NCBI GenBank assembly: GCA_001938485.1
Contig: MQRK01170283.1
Span: 1 to 57,640 of the forward strand
Reading direction: 5' to 3'
Source of the DNA: Girardia tigrina
Taxonomy: Eukaryota
Length of the DNA: 57,640 bases
Both the position numbers and the translations under genes were made by a program. The notes under the pieces are model-generated. The model was not told where the DNA came from, searched no databases, and was given only the letters and a program-made list of their open reading frames with translations. Positions within the stretch are counted from its first letter, which is position 1. Every line of letters starts with the position of its first letter. Of the stretch, positions 1 to 12,435 are shown piece by piece.

Positions 1-19
1 ACGGTAACCCCCCGTGGGA

Positions 20-251
20 CATCGCGACCGTTGCTAAGGTGATCGCGACCGTTGCCATGGTAACCGCAACCGTTGCTAAGGTGATCGAGACCGTTGCCAT
101 GGTAACCGCGACCGTTGCTAGGGTGATCGCGGCCGTTGCCATGGTAACCGCGACCGTTGCTAAGGTAATCGCGACCGTTGCCATGGCAACCCCGCGTGGT
201 AACTGGTTACGTAACCATGGCAACCACGGTAACTAGTAACGACCCCCCCCC
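20..251. repeat. GC-rich minisatellite, 42-bp unit made of two 21-bp subunits
   Basis: GCGACCGTTGCTAAGGTGATC alternates with GCGACCGTTGCCATGGTAACC for about 4 units. The ORF-track peptide (ATVAMVTATVAKVI)n only reflects this period. 302-378 repeats about 174-251 across the gap. Confidence 0.9.
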
Positions 252-519
252 NNNNNNNNNNNNNNNNNNNNNNNNNNNNNNNNNNNNNNNNNNNNNNNNN
301 NACCGTTGCCATGGCAACCCCGCGTGGTAACTGGTTACGTAACCATGGCAACCACGGTAACTAGTAACGACCCCCCCCCGGGGGGGGGGTCTGCCGCCGA
401 AGGAACATTTTTCCCCTACTTTAGACGTTAAGTTAAAACATTTAATATCTGTAAAGTATGCATGCCGTGACAGTTTTGAATTGAATTGAATTGTTACCTT
501 TATTTCCAATTACGAATTA

Positions 520-1775
520 AGTAATAAAAATGAATTCATGGTTTCGCTTGATGTGACTAGTTTATTTACTAATGTCCCACTAAACGAAACCATAAATTTA
601 TGCTGTGAAATTTGGAAAAATAATTCTAATGAACACAAAAAATTAAATGTGGTTTCGTTTCGAGAACTTTTCACATTTGCCACATCAAATATAAATTTTT
701 TCTTTAATAATCAATGGTACAAACAAGTGGATGGTGTTACAATGGGATCTCCATTATCACCAACATTAGCCTCTATTTTTTGTCCAAAATTGAAGAAAAT
801 ATTGATTTGTTTTCCGGTTATAAACCACTTGTATATAAAAGATATGTAGATGATGTATTTTTGTTTTTCGAAAATAAAGATCCTGTAAAAACATTTCTAA
901 ATTATATGAATTCGATCCATTCTAATATCAAATTCACAGTAGAGGAAGAAGTGCAGAATACTCTACCATTTTTAGAACAATTGATCAACAGGAAACTTGG
1001 ATTTACAGAATGAAAACTGACACGGGGTACACAAATCCGGGTAGTTTCTTTGAAACTAGGTACAAAAGCAACATGATTAAATGTTTAATATATCGTTCTT
1101 GGTCTCTTTCGTCAACATATTTAAGTGCTCATGAAAGTTTAAATAAATTAACAAGTTTATTAAATAAGAATGGATGGTCAAAATCATGTATCGAAAAATG
1201 AACTCTCAAACTTTAGATAAAATATTAAATGAGTCAAATAGTAATAATAAAAATCTTAATAATACGATTCATCAAACCATTTCCCTAATAGAAGTTATAA
1301 CCCACTTGATTCAAGGTATATCCTATCGATTCCTTATTCAGAGGGTTTTAAACATTTAAAATCATCAATTTTGAAAAGTTTGATCCCAAATACCATGAAT
1401 CTAAAAATTATTTCCCAATCATATAAAATTCGTGATATGTTCAGTAATAAATTTCCCACTCCTCTCGGTTTGTGCTCCAATCTTGTTTATAAATATACAT
1501 GTAATGGGTGTCACGCCACATACATTGGAGAGACATCTCGTCATCTCTTCAAACGGATCAAAGAGCTTAATCGGTTGGATAATGGGAGCAATATTGCCGA
1601 ACATAATTTAAAATGTAAAAAGAAAATCGGAGAAAATGATTTTCAAATTCTGTGTAATCGATTTAAAAATTACTGGGAGAGAGTAACGTGTGAGGCCTTA
1701 TTAATAAGATGCATGGATCCAAAAATTAATATCCAAGCTTCACACTCAACTTCTCTGTTAAACATTTTCAAATAG
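520..1775 (+). mobile_element. Penelope-like retroelement, 5'-truncated and frameshifted (RT + GIY-YIG endonuclease)
   Basis: RT motifs SLDVTSLFTNVP, QVDGVTMGSPLSP and YKRYVDDVF are split across frames (538-1013). The GIY-YIG domain with Cys/His pattern is VYKYTCNGCHATYIGETSRHLFKRIKE...HNLKC...CEALLI (1371-1775). Confidence 0.93.
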
Positions 1776-1843
1776 AGCCTTTATTACATGATTGATTGCA
1801 TAATCACCTTTCTCATATATAAGCTGCAAAAAGCCAGTGTTAA

Positions 1844-1888
1844 TTTAGTCTGAAGATGGCGGGTTATCCGCCGAAATTAATTACAAAA
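1844..1888 (+). ncRNA. Minimal type-I hammerhead ribozyme in the Penelope 3' pseudo-LTR
   Basis: CTGAAGA (1850-1856), extra T, stem II GGCGGG/TCCGCC, GAAA (1873-1876), palindromic stem III ATTAAT, predicted cleavage after 1882. Stem I TTTAGT/ACAAAA has one mismatch. Confidence 0.75.
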
Positions 1889-4514
1889 ATAAATTTTGAA
1901 AAATGACATTCACTTTTTAATAATGAAGAATATCAATTGCCATTATTTTTTACATTTCTTAGTAAATATTTAAATATATAATATAAATATGAAGCAGCCA
2001 ATTTAAAAGAAATATACGATCATAATCCCTTTCGTGATACAATAATCTATCTAAATTTGAATTAAATAATAAATAATACACAACTTATAAAATTAAAATC
2101 TTCTTTTTTTAATATATAATTATGATTGAATGTCTGAAGTCTGAAGAACACGAAAAATAGAAAATGAAGAAGAAATGATGATTTGAAATTCGAAGATTTA
2201 ATGCAATCTTACGATATAATTTTATCATTTTATAACTTTTTTTGAACCATATTTACTTTAAAAATGTATCAATTTGTTATTTCCTTTATATTGAAAGAAT
2301 TTTTCTTTCTTTTTCATTCAGAAAAAAATCAAGATATATTTTAAAAAACAAGAAACTTTCATTTTATAAAAAAAACATTTAAAGACAAATTTAATTTTTT
2401 TGAAAAAGAATATTTCTTTTAAAATTTTTAATAAAATATTCGATACAATTCTTTCTTTAATTTTAATTTTTAAAGAGATATTTTTATTTATTATGAAAAT
2501 AATATAATAAAAACTTTTTAAAACAAATAAATGGCTGTTTTTATCGATTTATTTTTAATTTAAATTCCAGCAAAAATCTGGTACTTCAAAGACGTAAGAA
2601 ATATTTTCTTATCATTTATAATTAAAGAAAACTATTTTTACTCTGAAAAACATTTTAATTTAATTTACAGATTAAATTATATTAACCATTTATCCATATT
2701 TGTTTGGAGAAAAAATATTTTAGATTTTTTATTGTTTGATAAATAATTTTTAAAATGAAATTTTCTAATTAAATAATGTAATTATTTATAAAGCACATTT
2801 TAACTTCGTTTTTTATTTACTTCAACCAGATTAAAAAAAATAAATTTATAATTAATTCATTTTTATTATTTTTAATTAAATATTGACATTTTATAATTAA
2901 TAAGTTTTTTAAATAATTTCTCAAGAAATAATGATTTTTTTAGTTTAACCTTTATTAAAATAAATTAACAGATATTATATTTGTTAATTAATTGAATTTT
3001 AATTATTTTTCAATATAATGTTTGGCAATATTTGGTTGAAATTAATTTTATTTACTATAACAATAATAAAATTATTATTATTATAATTTTTAGTTAAATA
3101 ATATTTATTATTTTTATTAAAAGTTAATAATTTGATAATAAAAAATTTTCGAAAGAAGATAAAAAAAATTAATGAAATGGAATTTAAAAAACAACAATAT
3201 ATTACTTGAAAAGTTTTTATTTTTTTATAAGAAAGGTATAACAATAATAAAAATTAAAATTATTTGCTTTTAATTTTTAATAAATTACGATATAATTTTA
3301 AAGAAATATAAAAATAAAATTTTATTTCATTTGAAAATTGGTAAAAAAATAATTGAGACGTTTTAAAAGAAATTTCATTTGGGGAAATTTTAAATAATAA
3401 TAATATTTTTTATGATTTTAATAATATAATATTGTATTTATCCATTATTTGTTACTACATTTTATTAATAAAAAATAGTCTATAATCCTTTTATCATTGA
3501 AGCTGCAAAATGATTTAAAATTCCATGAAGCTGAAGCAACATGTTTAATTATAGAGTTTAATATTGAAGAAGGAACAATCTTTAAGTACAATATCATAAT
3601 CTTTATTCACTTTTCCTTATTTTTTAATTATTCTTTTTCATCTGCAGTCCTTAATACTTATTCGACTAAATTAATGGTCACTTCTAGATGTTTCTATCTT
3701 ATGGAAAACGATGCATCGTGATCCTTCTTCCTTGAATTGCTTACATAGATGACGATATACCTCTTCAATGTACATGGATTTACGAAATCCTATCATAATT
3801 CAATGTTTGAAGAATTAAAAGAAAAACCATTTGAACACATATTTAATAAATATTTTTTAAATCAAGTAAGTTTTGAACTAATTTTAAAGTTTTAAATTTA
3901 CCAATCCTTTGGAGAATGGAACACATCAAATTTATTCATCAATTATAATCACTCGTCAATAATACAAATATTACTTACTGACACAATTGGATTTAAAAGT
4001 CCTTTTAGTCTATGTATATTATATATATTTATTTATAAATTTTAATATATATATATATATATATATATTTGAGAAAATAAAAAAGAAAAAAATATTTATT
4101 TTATTTATAAATTTTATTAAAGTATTGTAAACAAGAGTTATATAGCTTATATATAACTTATTTTTTTATGTATTTATTATCAACATCAATATGATTTTTC
4201 AAACATTAACATCACAGTTAGAATTGTTATGACAACAATTATTCGAAAGGCTTTCGCTATTTGACATTTTTTTCTTGATTAATATTATTTTGAATTCATA
4301 CTAATTTTTCGATAAATGAAAATTTTTAATTAATAATTATTAATTATAAAGATTTTAATTGGTTGAAATTAAATCTAAACATTTAAAAAAAGTACCAATT
4401 AAATTAATATATTAAATTATAAATTAAAAATTAAATATTACCTTCGAAAATTATTTTAAATCTTTTTACTTTAAAATTAAATTAAATTATTTTTAATTAG
4501 TAGAAAATACCAAT

Positions 4515-4598
4515 CATCCATCTGGGTAGAAGAGGAACAATCTGAATCAACATACAACATGCACAATATCAACAAACAATTCAAAACATTCCGCACAT
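4515..4598 (-). repeat. Conserved motif of unassigned dispersed family (copy a)
   Basis: The minus strand reads TGTGCGGAATGTTTTGAA...TG-rich...CTCTTCTACCCAGATGGATG. An ATG TCA AAT follows at 4267 (MSNSESLSNNCCHNNSNCDVN). Confidence 0.7.
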
Positions 4599-4840
4599 TA
4601 TTAAACTAATGGACAATAAATTACATATATGAGACAAACATTTGTATTTAAGTTTCAATTAAGTTTAAAAATTAAAAAAAAATATTTAAATAAAACCTAA
4701 TAAATATTCTTTTAATTCTTTCAAGTCTTTCTAAGAAAAGATATTTCAATAAATATATAAAAAAATTCTGAACTTAAAAGTTCCTCAAACAATTCTTTAT
4801 GCCCTTAAGAATAGTACATTGTTGGATGACACATTGTTTC

Positions 4841-5443
4841 TTAGAAAACCAACTGATATATATATATATATATAAAACCAACTGATATAAAAAAAGTTTT
4901 GGTCTTTTGATGCGATCCATTGTTCCAGCCATTTTTTATATGTTCCTGGTTTCTGAAGTGCTGGTCCCGAAGAGCGCTTTGCATTGATCGGAACAGATGA
5001 TAATCTGATGTGGCACAATCTGGTGAATAGGCAGCATGCGGTAGAATTTCCCATTTAAGTGCTTCCAACGTGTTTTTTACTTGTTTTGCGACATGTGGCC
5101 GAGCATTGTCATGGAGCAAAAATACTGTGCGCTGTTTGTTGGCTGGAATAGGACGTTTTTCCTTCAATGCATCGTTCAATTTCATTAACTGTTGTTGGTA
5201 ACGTTCTGCATTAACAGTTTCATTCGAATTCAGCAGCTCATATTACAGTACACCTTTCTGATCCCACCAAATGCACAACATAACCTTGCTTCCATGAATG
5301 TTTCTTTTTGATGTTGACGTGGATGGTTCGCCGGGATGAACCCACGATTTCTTGCGTTTAGAGTTAACATAATAAATCCATTTTTCATCTCCAGTCACAA
5401 TATTATGCAAAAACAACCATCTTCGTTGTCTTGTAAGCAATGA
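4841..5443 (-). mobile_element. mariner transposase pseudogene (C-terminal DD34D part), cut by an assembly gap
   Basis: IVTGDEKWIYY, VMLCIWWD, LLHDNARPHVA and HAAYSPDCATSDYHLF appear in broken frames. Confidence 0.92.
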
Positions 5444-5900
5444 NNNNNNNNNNNNNNNNNNNNNNNNNNNNNNNNNNNNNNNNNNNNNNNNNNNNNNNNN
5501 NNNNNNNNNNNNNNNNNNNNNNNNNNNNNNNNNNNNNNNNNNNNNNNNNNNNNNNNNNNNNNNNNNNNNNNNNNNNNNNNNNNNNNNNNNNNNNNNNNNN
5601 NNNNNNNNNNNNNNNNNNNNNNNNNNNNNNNNNNNNNNNNNNNNNNNNNNNNNNNNNNNNNNNNNNNNNNNNNNNNNNNNNNNNNNNNNNNNNNNNNNNN
5701 NNNNNNNNNNNNNNNNNNNNNNNNNNNNNNNNNNNNNNNNNNNNNNNNNNNNNNNNNNNNNNNNNNNNNNNNNNNNNNNNNNNNNNNNNNNNNNNNNNNN
5801 NNNNNNNNNNNNNNNNNNNNNNNNNNNNNNNNNNNNNNNNNNNNNNNNNNNNNNNNNNNNNNNNNNNNNNNNNNNNNNNNNNNNNNNNNNNNNNNNNNNN

Positions 5901-5952
<52 letters not shown>

Positions 5953-7985
5953 ATAAATAATTATTTTTGAAATTCATAACGTATATGTAGAGTTTGTACA
6001 ACTAAAGGATTAGAAAGGAGACTAAATAGTTTTGTCGGACTTGCATCCGACTCATTTACTTCAATCATGCATGTTTTTTGTTATAAAATTATATCATGAA
6101 AATAATTCGACCGGAGACAATATTATTGTCCGATGAGTCCTCATTAGCTTCCATTATGCATTGGACTATCATAAAGCCTCGTAAAAATGAATATTTATAT
6201 AATGCAAGAGGAAGCTGAATATTGTTGCATTTAAATATTTTAAATAACATATAATTTTTTATATAAAGTCGACTTTTTATAAAAAAACACTCTTTTTTCA
6301 AGTTTTGCATACTTTTAACTAATTGTGAAAATTTACATGTTTTTTATACATTTTTTTGCTTCATCTTCAGATGTAATATCATAATTACCTTTGTATGAAA
6401 AATGGTTTTTTTACTTCACAATTAAGATTTGTTATTCTTATTTCATTATATTATAATATATGAATCTAATCCTAACCCTAACAATTTTAAAAATTTTTAA
6501 TTTTTATTTTAAAAAGTGTTTTTTTAACAAATAGTGACGAACTTGTTTAACAAGGTTTGCAAGTTTCACAAGTATCAATTTATAATATATTCTTATGTAC
6601 AATTCGTAAATATGTGTTAAATTGGTTTTACATTTTCCGATACAATCAATGTTATCTTGTAAAAAGGTAACTTGAAGGTTGTATGAAGAATTGAACAAAC
6701 AACATTGGGTACACATAACTAACACGGATTACTTCTTCAAAATTATTTGTTGAAAAATTAAAATTGATGACTTATAATTAAGCAATATATTTTTCATAAA
6801 AACCATTCCTCCCTTGAATAAAAGTATAAGAGAAATTGTTCAATTTTCTATTAATAGACTTTTTATAGAAAGAATATAAAATTCATATAGTTTGTCTGTT
6901 GGCGTTAAATAAATAATCAGTTTAATTTTAGACAGAACTTGGAAAATATATTCTAAAACAAAAGAATAAAAATTATATTCAGACATTTTGATTATAAAGA
7001 TTACATAAATAATAAAATAATATTTATATAATAACTTGAATGAAATATTAAATAATTTGGGGAAATGACATTCTACAGCACAAATTCGCGTCACTGTCTA
7101 AATATAATTCAAGAGCATAATTATCAATTTTAATTATTTTATAGTATTTATATAATTGTTGAATAATATTTTGTCTGAAAATTTATATATAAACCAGTAT
7201 TATTAATTCTGTTTCTGGACATTGTATTTTTTATTATTCACCAATTAAGTGGAATATAATTTCCTGGAATATAATAACTAAAAATAAAAAAAAATAATTA
7301 AAAATTAATTATTTTATTAATTTATAAAAGTCAATTAATAGTTTATGTTAAAATTTTTTTATTTCAGTTAATGAAAGAATAAAAAGATTTCAAAAAATAT
7401 AAATTTGATTATTATTTTTTTATAGTAAAATCTCTGAAATTTGAGACAAAGATAAATATATTTTGCTTTTGATTTTATTTTTCTAGAAAATTAAATTTAA
7501 CATTAATTTATGATTTCTTTATTAATAATTAATTATTTCATTTGTATCTGATATAGCGGTTTTCGATGGATAGATAAAAGGAATGTTGTTTTGTTAATAT
7601 TTTATATTAAATATTCTATATATGATTAAAATAAATAAAGTAAAATAAATAGAAAATTAAATTTTAGAAAACAAAAAAAATTTATAATTCTTTTTGTTCT
7701 AATGTTTTCTGAAAATTTATCATTTTCCCCTTCTTTAGGGAAGATATTAAAAAGAAATAAATTTAATTGAGTTTTTTAATTAATTCATTTAATTAATAAT
7801 ATTGTTTCATTTCAATTGACACTAATCTTATTATTAATGAAAAATAACATTATTTTTATGAACATTTTTCTAATATCATTTATTTTCTTTGGAGCCTCAA
7901 TATAAAATAATCACTTAGCAGAACCTTGACGATTTTTAAAATAGATTTAGTTTCAGTCTTTAGTCATGATCCTGTATAATATTCA

Positions 7986-9488
7986 TGTTGTGTGCAAAAA
8001 CACTCAACGGATATTTCCGGATTTTAATTTCATAAAAATATTGAAAATTGACAAAGTAGAAAATTTATTTGAATTCAAATTTTCACCAAAATAAAAAGTA
8101 ATTTGAATAAACAAATTGTTTTCATTTATGTTATAGATAATTTATGTGGTAATTTTAATATATTTAATTTATATGTATAAATATTTATATAAAAATTAAT
8201 TTCCTAAATTTTTTACAAAGGTGACCCCTACATCAGCCCCCAAAAAGAATGATGCGGAGCATGATGGAACGATGCTTGGTTATGTCAAGTCTTTGTGAGA
8301 GCTATGCAAGAATCATCATATTGAACCCACGGCGAAAAAAAGACTGAAGGTTTCTTAAGGATGAATACAGCGTGTCAACTGCCATGTCCTTTATGTGGAT
8401 GCATGGTTTTAGCTTGTTGATATTGATAGATTGTTGTGTACCTTTTAAATCGATGGCTGACTTGGTGAAAGATGATTCGTTTGGTTTATCAGTCTCGGTT
8501 GATGGGTTTAATAGCTTGATTGAGCCGAGAAACTGCTTTGGTTTATTGTCAAGGACCACCAAAGAATGGTCAGACCGCATGTTAGAATCAGGCGCCAGAG
8601 AGATATCGATTTTCTTCTTTTGCAATGACAAAGGGAAATATATTAACGGATTATTTGGTACAATATTATTTAGAGATTTCAAGGGTTATGTGTGGTATGC
8701 AGTCGGTGCAGTGAGAAGGATCTCCAAAGAGCAGTTTAGGACAAGCTTTTTGTTTCTGCAGTACAACAAGAGTCCAAAATGATCAAAAGAATCTGCGTCA
8801 CGTATATGTTGTGTGACATTAGCCATGGTGAAAGTCCCCTTGAATATCTGCTCCAGTTGTGTCAATGAAAATGACAATTGAACGGTTCCATATGTATGAA
8901 AAATGAATCCATTTGCAGCTGTGAGTTGTCTGGTAGTTGGAATGCTGTACGGGTTGAATCGACGAGGTAATACTGATATTGCCGATCCGGTGTCTGCTAA
9001 GAATGATGTCATACCAGTGGTATGACTGTCGAGGGTAGACTCACATTTGAAAATGCCGCATAAATTGTTGGTGTCTTCGAGTCGGTTTCAAAAACCGAAG
9101 AGGAACTCAGATTTTTTATCGCCTGCTACTTTCAACCATTAGTGCATGATCTGGATCGATTGGTATACTTAGTATGAGGAATACAGATATTTGTCATCTC
9201 CAATTTTGTGCGGTCTCCCTTTCTTTTTTCTGACACCATTTTCTTGTGTGCGAAAACACTCAACGGATATTTCCGGAATTTATTTTCATAAAAATATTGA
9301 AAATTGACAAAGTAGAAAATTTATTTGAATTCAAATTTTCACCAAAATAAAAAGTAATTCGAATAAACAAATTGTTTTCATTTGTGTCATAGATAATTTA
9401 TATGGTAATTTTAATATATTGAATTTATATGTATAAATATTTATATAAAAATTAATTTCTTAAATTTTTTACAAAGGTGAACACTGCA
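7986..9488 (-). mobile_element. Internally deleted Ty3/Gypsy LTR element with aspartic-protease remnant
   Basis: 247-bp LTRs at 7986-8232 and 9242-9488 (13 mismatches by manual count). PBS TGGTGTCAGAA (9228-9238) is tRNA-Leu type. A G-rich PPT sits next to the 3' LTR. TSD ATTCA/ATTCC. Protease motif FLADTGSAISVLP (8686-9012). Confidence 0.9.
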
Positions 9489-10136
9489 ATTCCTTCCAAC
9501 TTTTCTCGAGAGCAAAGCCGTAAGGATTTCTGGATGTCTCATTTTACCTCCTTTTAGGTCATTAGGACGCCAAATATACACATTCATTTCTTTTTTCTAG
9601 TTTGTTTATATGTCCAATAGTGATGGAATATATTTTGGTTTATCATGAATTTATCAAACTCTTAGGCTCATTCATTGAAGTCAATCAAAATAATATCATT
9701 AATGATGAATGGTGCTTGTCCGCGAATTATGTTAATTAAATTTGTATCTTCTAAACGAAGGTTTTCGAATCAATGTCTCGAGGGTTGCCTAAATTGCGTT
9801 TGGTTAAGTTTATATTCGTACAAATAAACTCTGAGTATTTTCAGTCCCAAACATCATTATAAACCAAATTTGGATACCTCATTTACATTTTAGGAATGAG
9901 GCTAAGATGACTAAACACATTTTTATGCAGCATATATGTAATTTGTATGAAACCGAAGTGATCTAAAAAAGTAGAAAGTTCTTTCTACCACAAACCAGCC
10001 ATACATGTAATATATTTGGATCAAGAAAAATATAAAGTATCATAATACAGTTAATAAGTTTTTATAATATAATTATTTTTAATAAAATGACTTAATATGT
10101 TCATGGAGGAATGAAGGATTTTCAAAATTTGTTATT

Positions 10137-10376
10137 ATGAATATTTGTTATCACGTCTTATGTAACTTTAACCAATATGAACCGGTGAAAGACAATAGAA
10201 ATAAAGCAAATGTACGTAAATGTAACATAAATGATCGATTGTTATATGATCATGATCGAAACACCTCTGATAATAAAATAATTGAATTGGACGATATCAT
10301 TGTTTGGATTGATGCTCTGGACTGCAAAAGTGATTACGCTAATGGGCCGATCCAGCACGTCACCCTTCTCACTTGA
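10137..10376 (+). pseudogene. Inositol-monophosphatase-family (BPNT1-like bisphosphate nucleotidase) fragment
   Basis: LDDIIVWIDALDCKSDYANGPIQHVTLL resembles the family motif EDLVVWVDPLDGTKEY..G..D.VTVLIG. The catalytic DPLDGT has become DALDCK and a stop follows. Confidence 0.5.
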
Positions 10377-10818
10377 CGTAGATTTATTTCTATTGCATTA
10401 TTCATCAATCATTCTCTACGATCAATGGTATTTTCTTGAAGTTGCATCATATCGCTCGCTTCAACTATTTGTATTAAATTAATACTATTTAATCGATTTG
10501 CCTCTTTAAGAAGAACTTCATTCTCACTGATCCTTTCAACACACACAACAAAGTTCAAAAAAACTATATATATATATATATATATATATTTAGGCCCAGA
10601 GTTTCATCTGCGTAACGCTCAAAGTTTGCTGTAATGAAATTTTTTTCTTGCTTTTGCATGTCTTAATTTTTAATTTTTTTAATCAATGCATAATAACTCC
10701 GACTAATATGAAATTAGTAATTCCAAAAATCATAATTCCAAAAATGTATTTCAATCATAAAATCTGTTTAGCCTTCATACAAATTATCGAGCAACATTTT
10801 TTTCTTTAAAAAAAAACA

Positions 10819-11148
10819 TTATATATATAATATAAGTCTAAATTATTAGTTAGTTTGTTTGTATGTTTGTTCGTCAGTCACCATATGATGTAAATGTAAA
10901 ATGGCGGAGGAACCGAAGCGAATCAACGCAAAGCCGTAGTCAATCAGGATAGCTTGTATCAAAACTGTTCTGTCGGTGCTGCGCTTTCACTGAAAAACGC
11001 CAGAAAGCCGACAAAATCGACCAACTGTTAAATCAACACAGAATTCGAAACAATAAATAATAAATTAAAATTGATTTTAAAATTAAAACAAAAAATTTCA
11101 AAGAAGAAAATTCAGCTCTTCCGCCATATATGACCGCTGTTTTTCTAG
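10819..11148 (+). mobile_element. Non-autonomous Helitron-like element (copy 1)
   Basis: 5' TATATATAA with a (GTTT)n tract, shared core CTGTTAAATCAACACAGAATTCGAAACAAT, subterminal CATATATG palindrome, and a 3' end CTAG followed by T. Confidence 0.7.
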
Positions 11149-11274
11149 TTATTATCTTTTTATTATTATCTTATTATTAATTAAGTACATTTAGGCGATT
11201 TAATAATTTGCGGTAAAAATAAGTCAATTCAAACAAGATTGTACAGTACAATATTTCGTTAACAAATTTGATAT

Positions 11275-11435
11275 AACCGAGACAGCAGTTGAAATCTAAC
11301 ATTTAGCATGTATGCGAAATAAAATTTCAGGAAAATTATCCTTTCAATATTTTAAAATCAAATTGCCAAAACATTTCCCTGTCTTCGTATCCATAAAAGT
11401 ATTTCGCCGTGGGTTTGCCGTCTGCCTCTCGCTGA
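11275..11435 (+). pseudogene. Possible PIF1-type (Helitron) helicase C-terminal remnant
   Basis: Broken frames give RQQ..LACMRNKISG and VFRRG..VCLS, resembling RxQFP..LAFAMTINKSQG and VFSHGQLYVALSR. Confidence 0.35.
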
Positions 11436-12367
11436 TGCAAATCAATTGACAGGTTATGACCCAGTCTTACCAAAATATTATTAACAGTTCAAAAATAATC
11501 GTTTTTTTTATAAATACTGAAACAGAACATTTCAATTATTTCTTATTTGAAAGTTTAACCGAATTGCATTGAAATTTTCACGTTGTATTTTCAAAACTAC
11601 AACTTTAGGGAATAATAGTTATGATAATAATAATGATTATTATTCTTTTTGAATTTTGAAAGTTTTGATTGTTTCATCACAGATATAATCCTTCGTAAAA
11701 AATTAAAAAAGAGATATGTGATGCTTCATAGAAAACTGATCTTAATTCATTAAACTATGGATAAATAATTTTATACTTCGTCTTTTCATATTTTTTATAA
11801 TTGGACCTCGATGATCGGAAAAAAATAATGCAATATCACATTAACGCCTGACATTTTATCTGATAGCTGAAAGTTAATTTCTTAACACATCCTACGCAAG
11901 GAATAGTCAAGCACAACTAAATCTTAGCCTGGTGGCCTACATTGATCTCAAATAATCTATTCGAATAGCTGGCTTTCAAATACTATTGAAAGACGATATA
12001 CTCGATTATAAAACAACAATACTGATTGTTGTCCACGATTATATCATTTAGACAAAGAACCCCTAAAGGTTTTGTAATGAAATATTTGAACTTTTATTTT
12101 GGGTCTTTCTTTGTTCCACAATAAGTAATTGTCTTTTAAAATACAAAATCTATTTTTCCATTTATGATTTTGTTTATCAGATATTTTTAATAAAAATCCA
12201 TGTTTTTCTGAATGAATATCGATATCGAATCCACCACAATTTGTATTGACTGATATTCTGAAATAGGTTCAAATACAAATTAATGATTCACAAATTTTTT
12301 TTTTTATTTATTTTTTTGAAATCACAAATGACACAAATAAAAACATCAATTTATGCAGTTAATTAAG

Positions 12368-12414
<47 letters not shown>

Positions 12415-12435
12415 GAATTTTAGCTGTCTGTGTTG

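Noticed and set aside
39-236. Repetitive ORF (ATVAMVT)n
   Set aside because: It is only the translation of the 42-bp minisatellite; nothing else supports coding.
20-251. CRISPR-like array
   Set aside because: No unique spacers, no cas genes, and a eukaryotic context.
302-378. Direct repeat of about 174-251 across the N-gap
   Set aside because: Identical sequence on both sides of a 50-N gap, ending in a poly-C run; most likely an unmerged contig overlap.
3500-3620. TnpB/Fanzor-like phrase VPSSILNSIIKHVA on the minus strand
   Set aside because: No RuvC motifs or zinc ribbon found downstream, and related copies do not preserve it.
5440-5970. Long ORFs through N-gaps and (TA)n tracts (also 24275-24544, 29552-30247, 51974-52315)
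   Set aside because: Artefacts of Ns and dinucleotide repeats.
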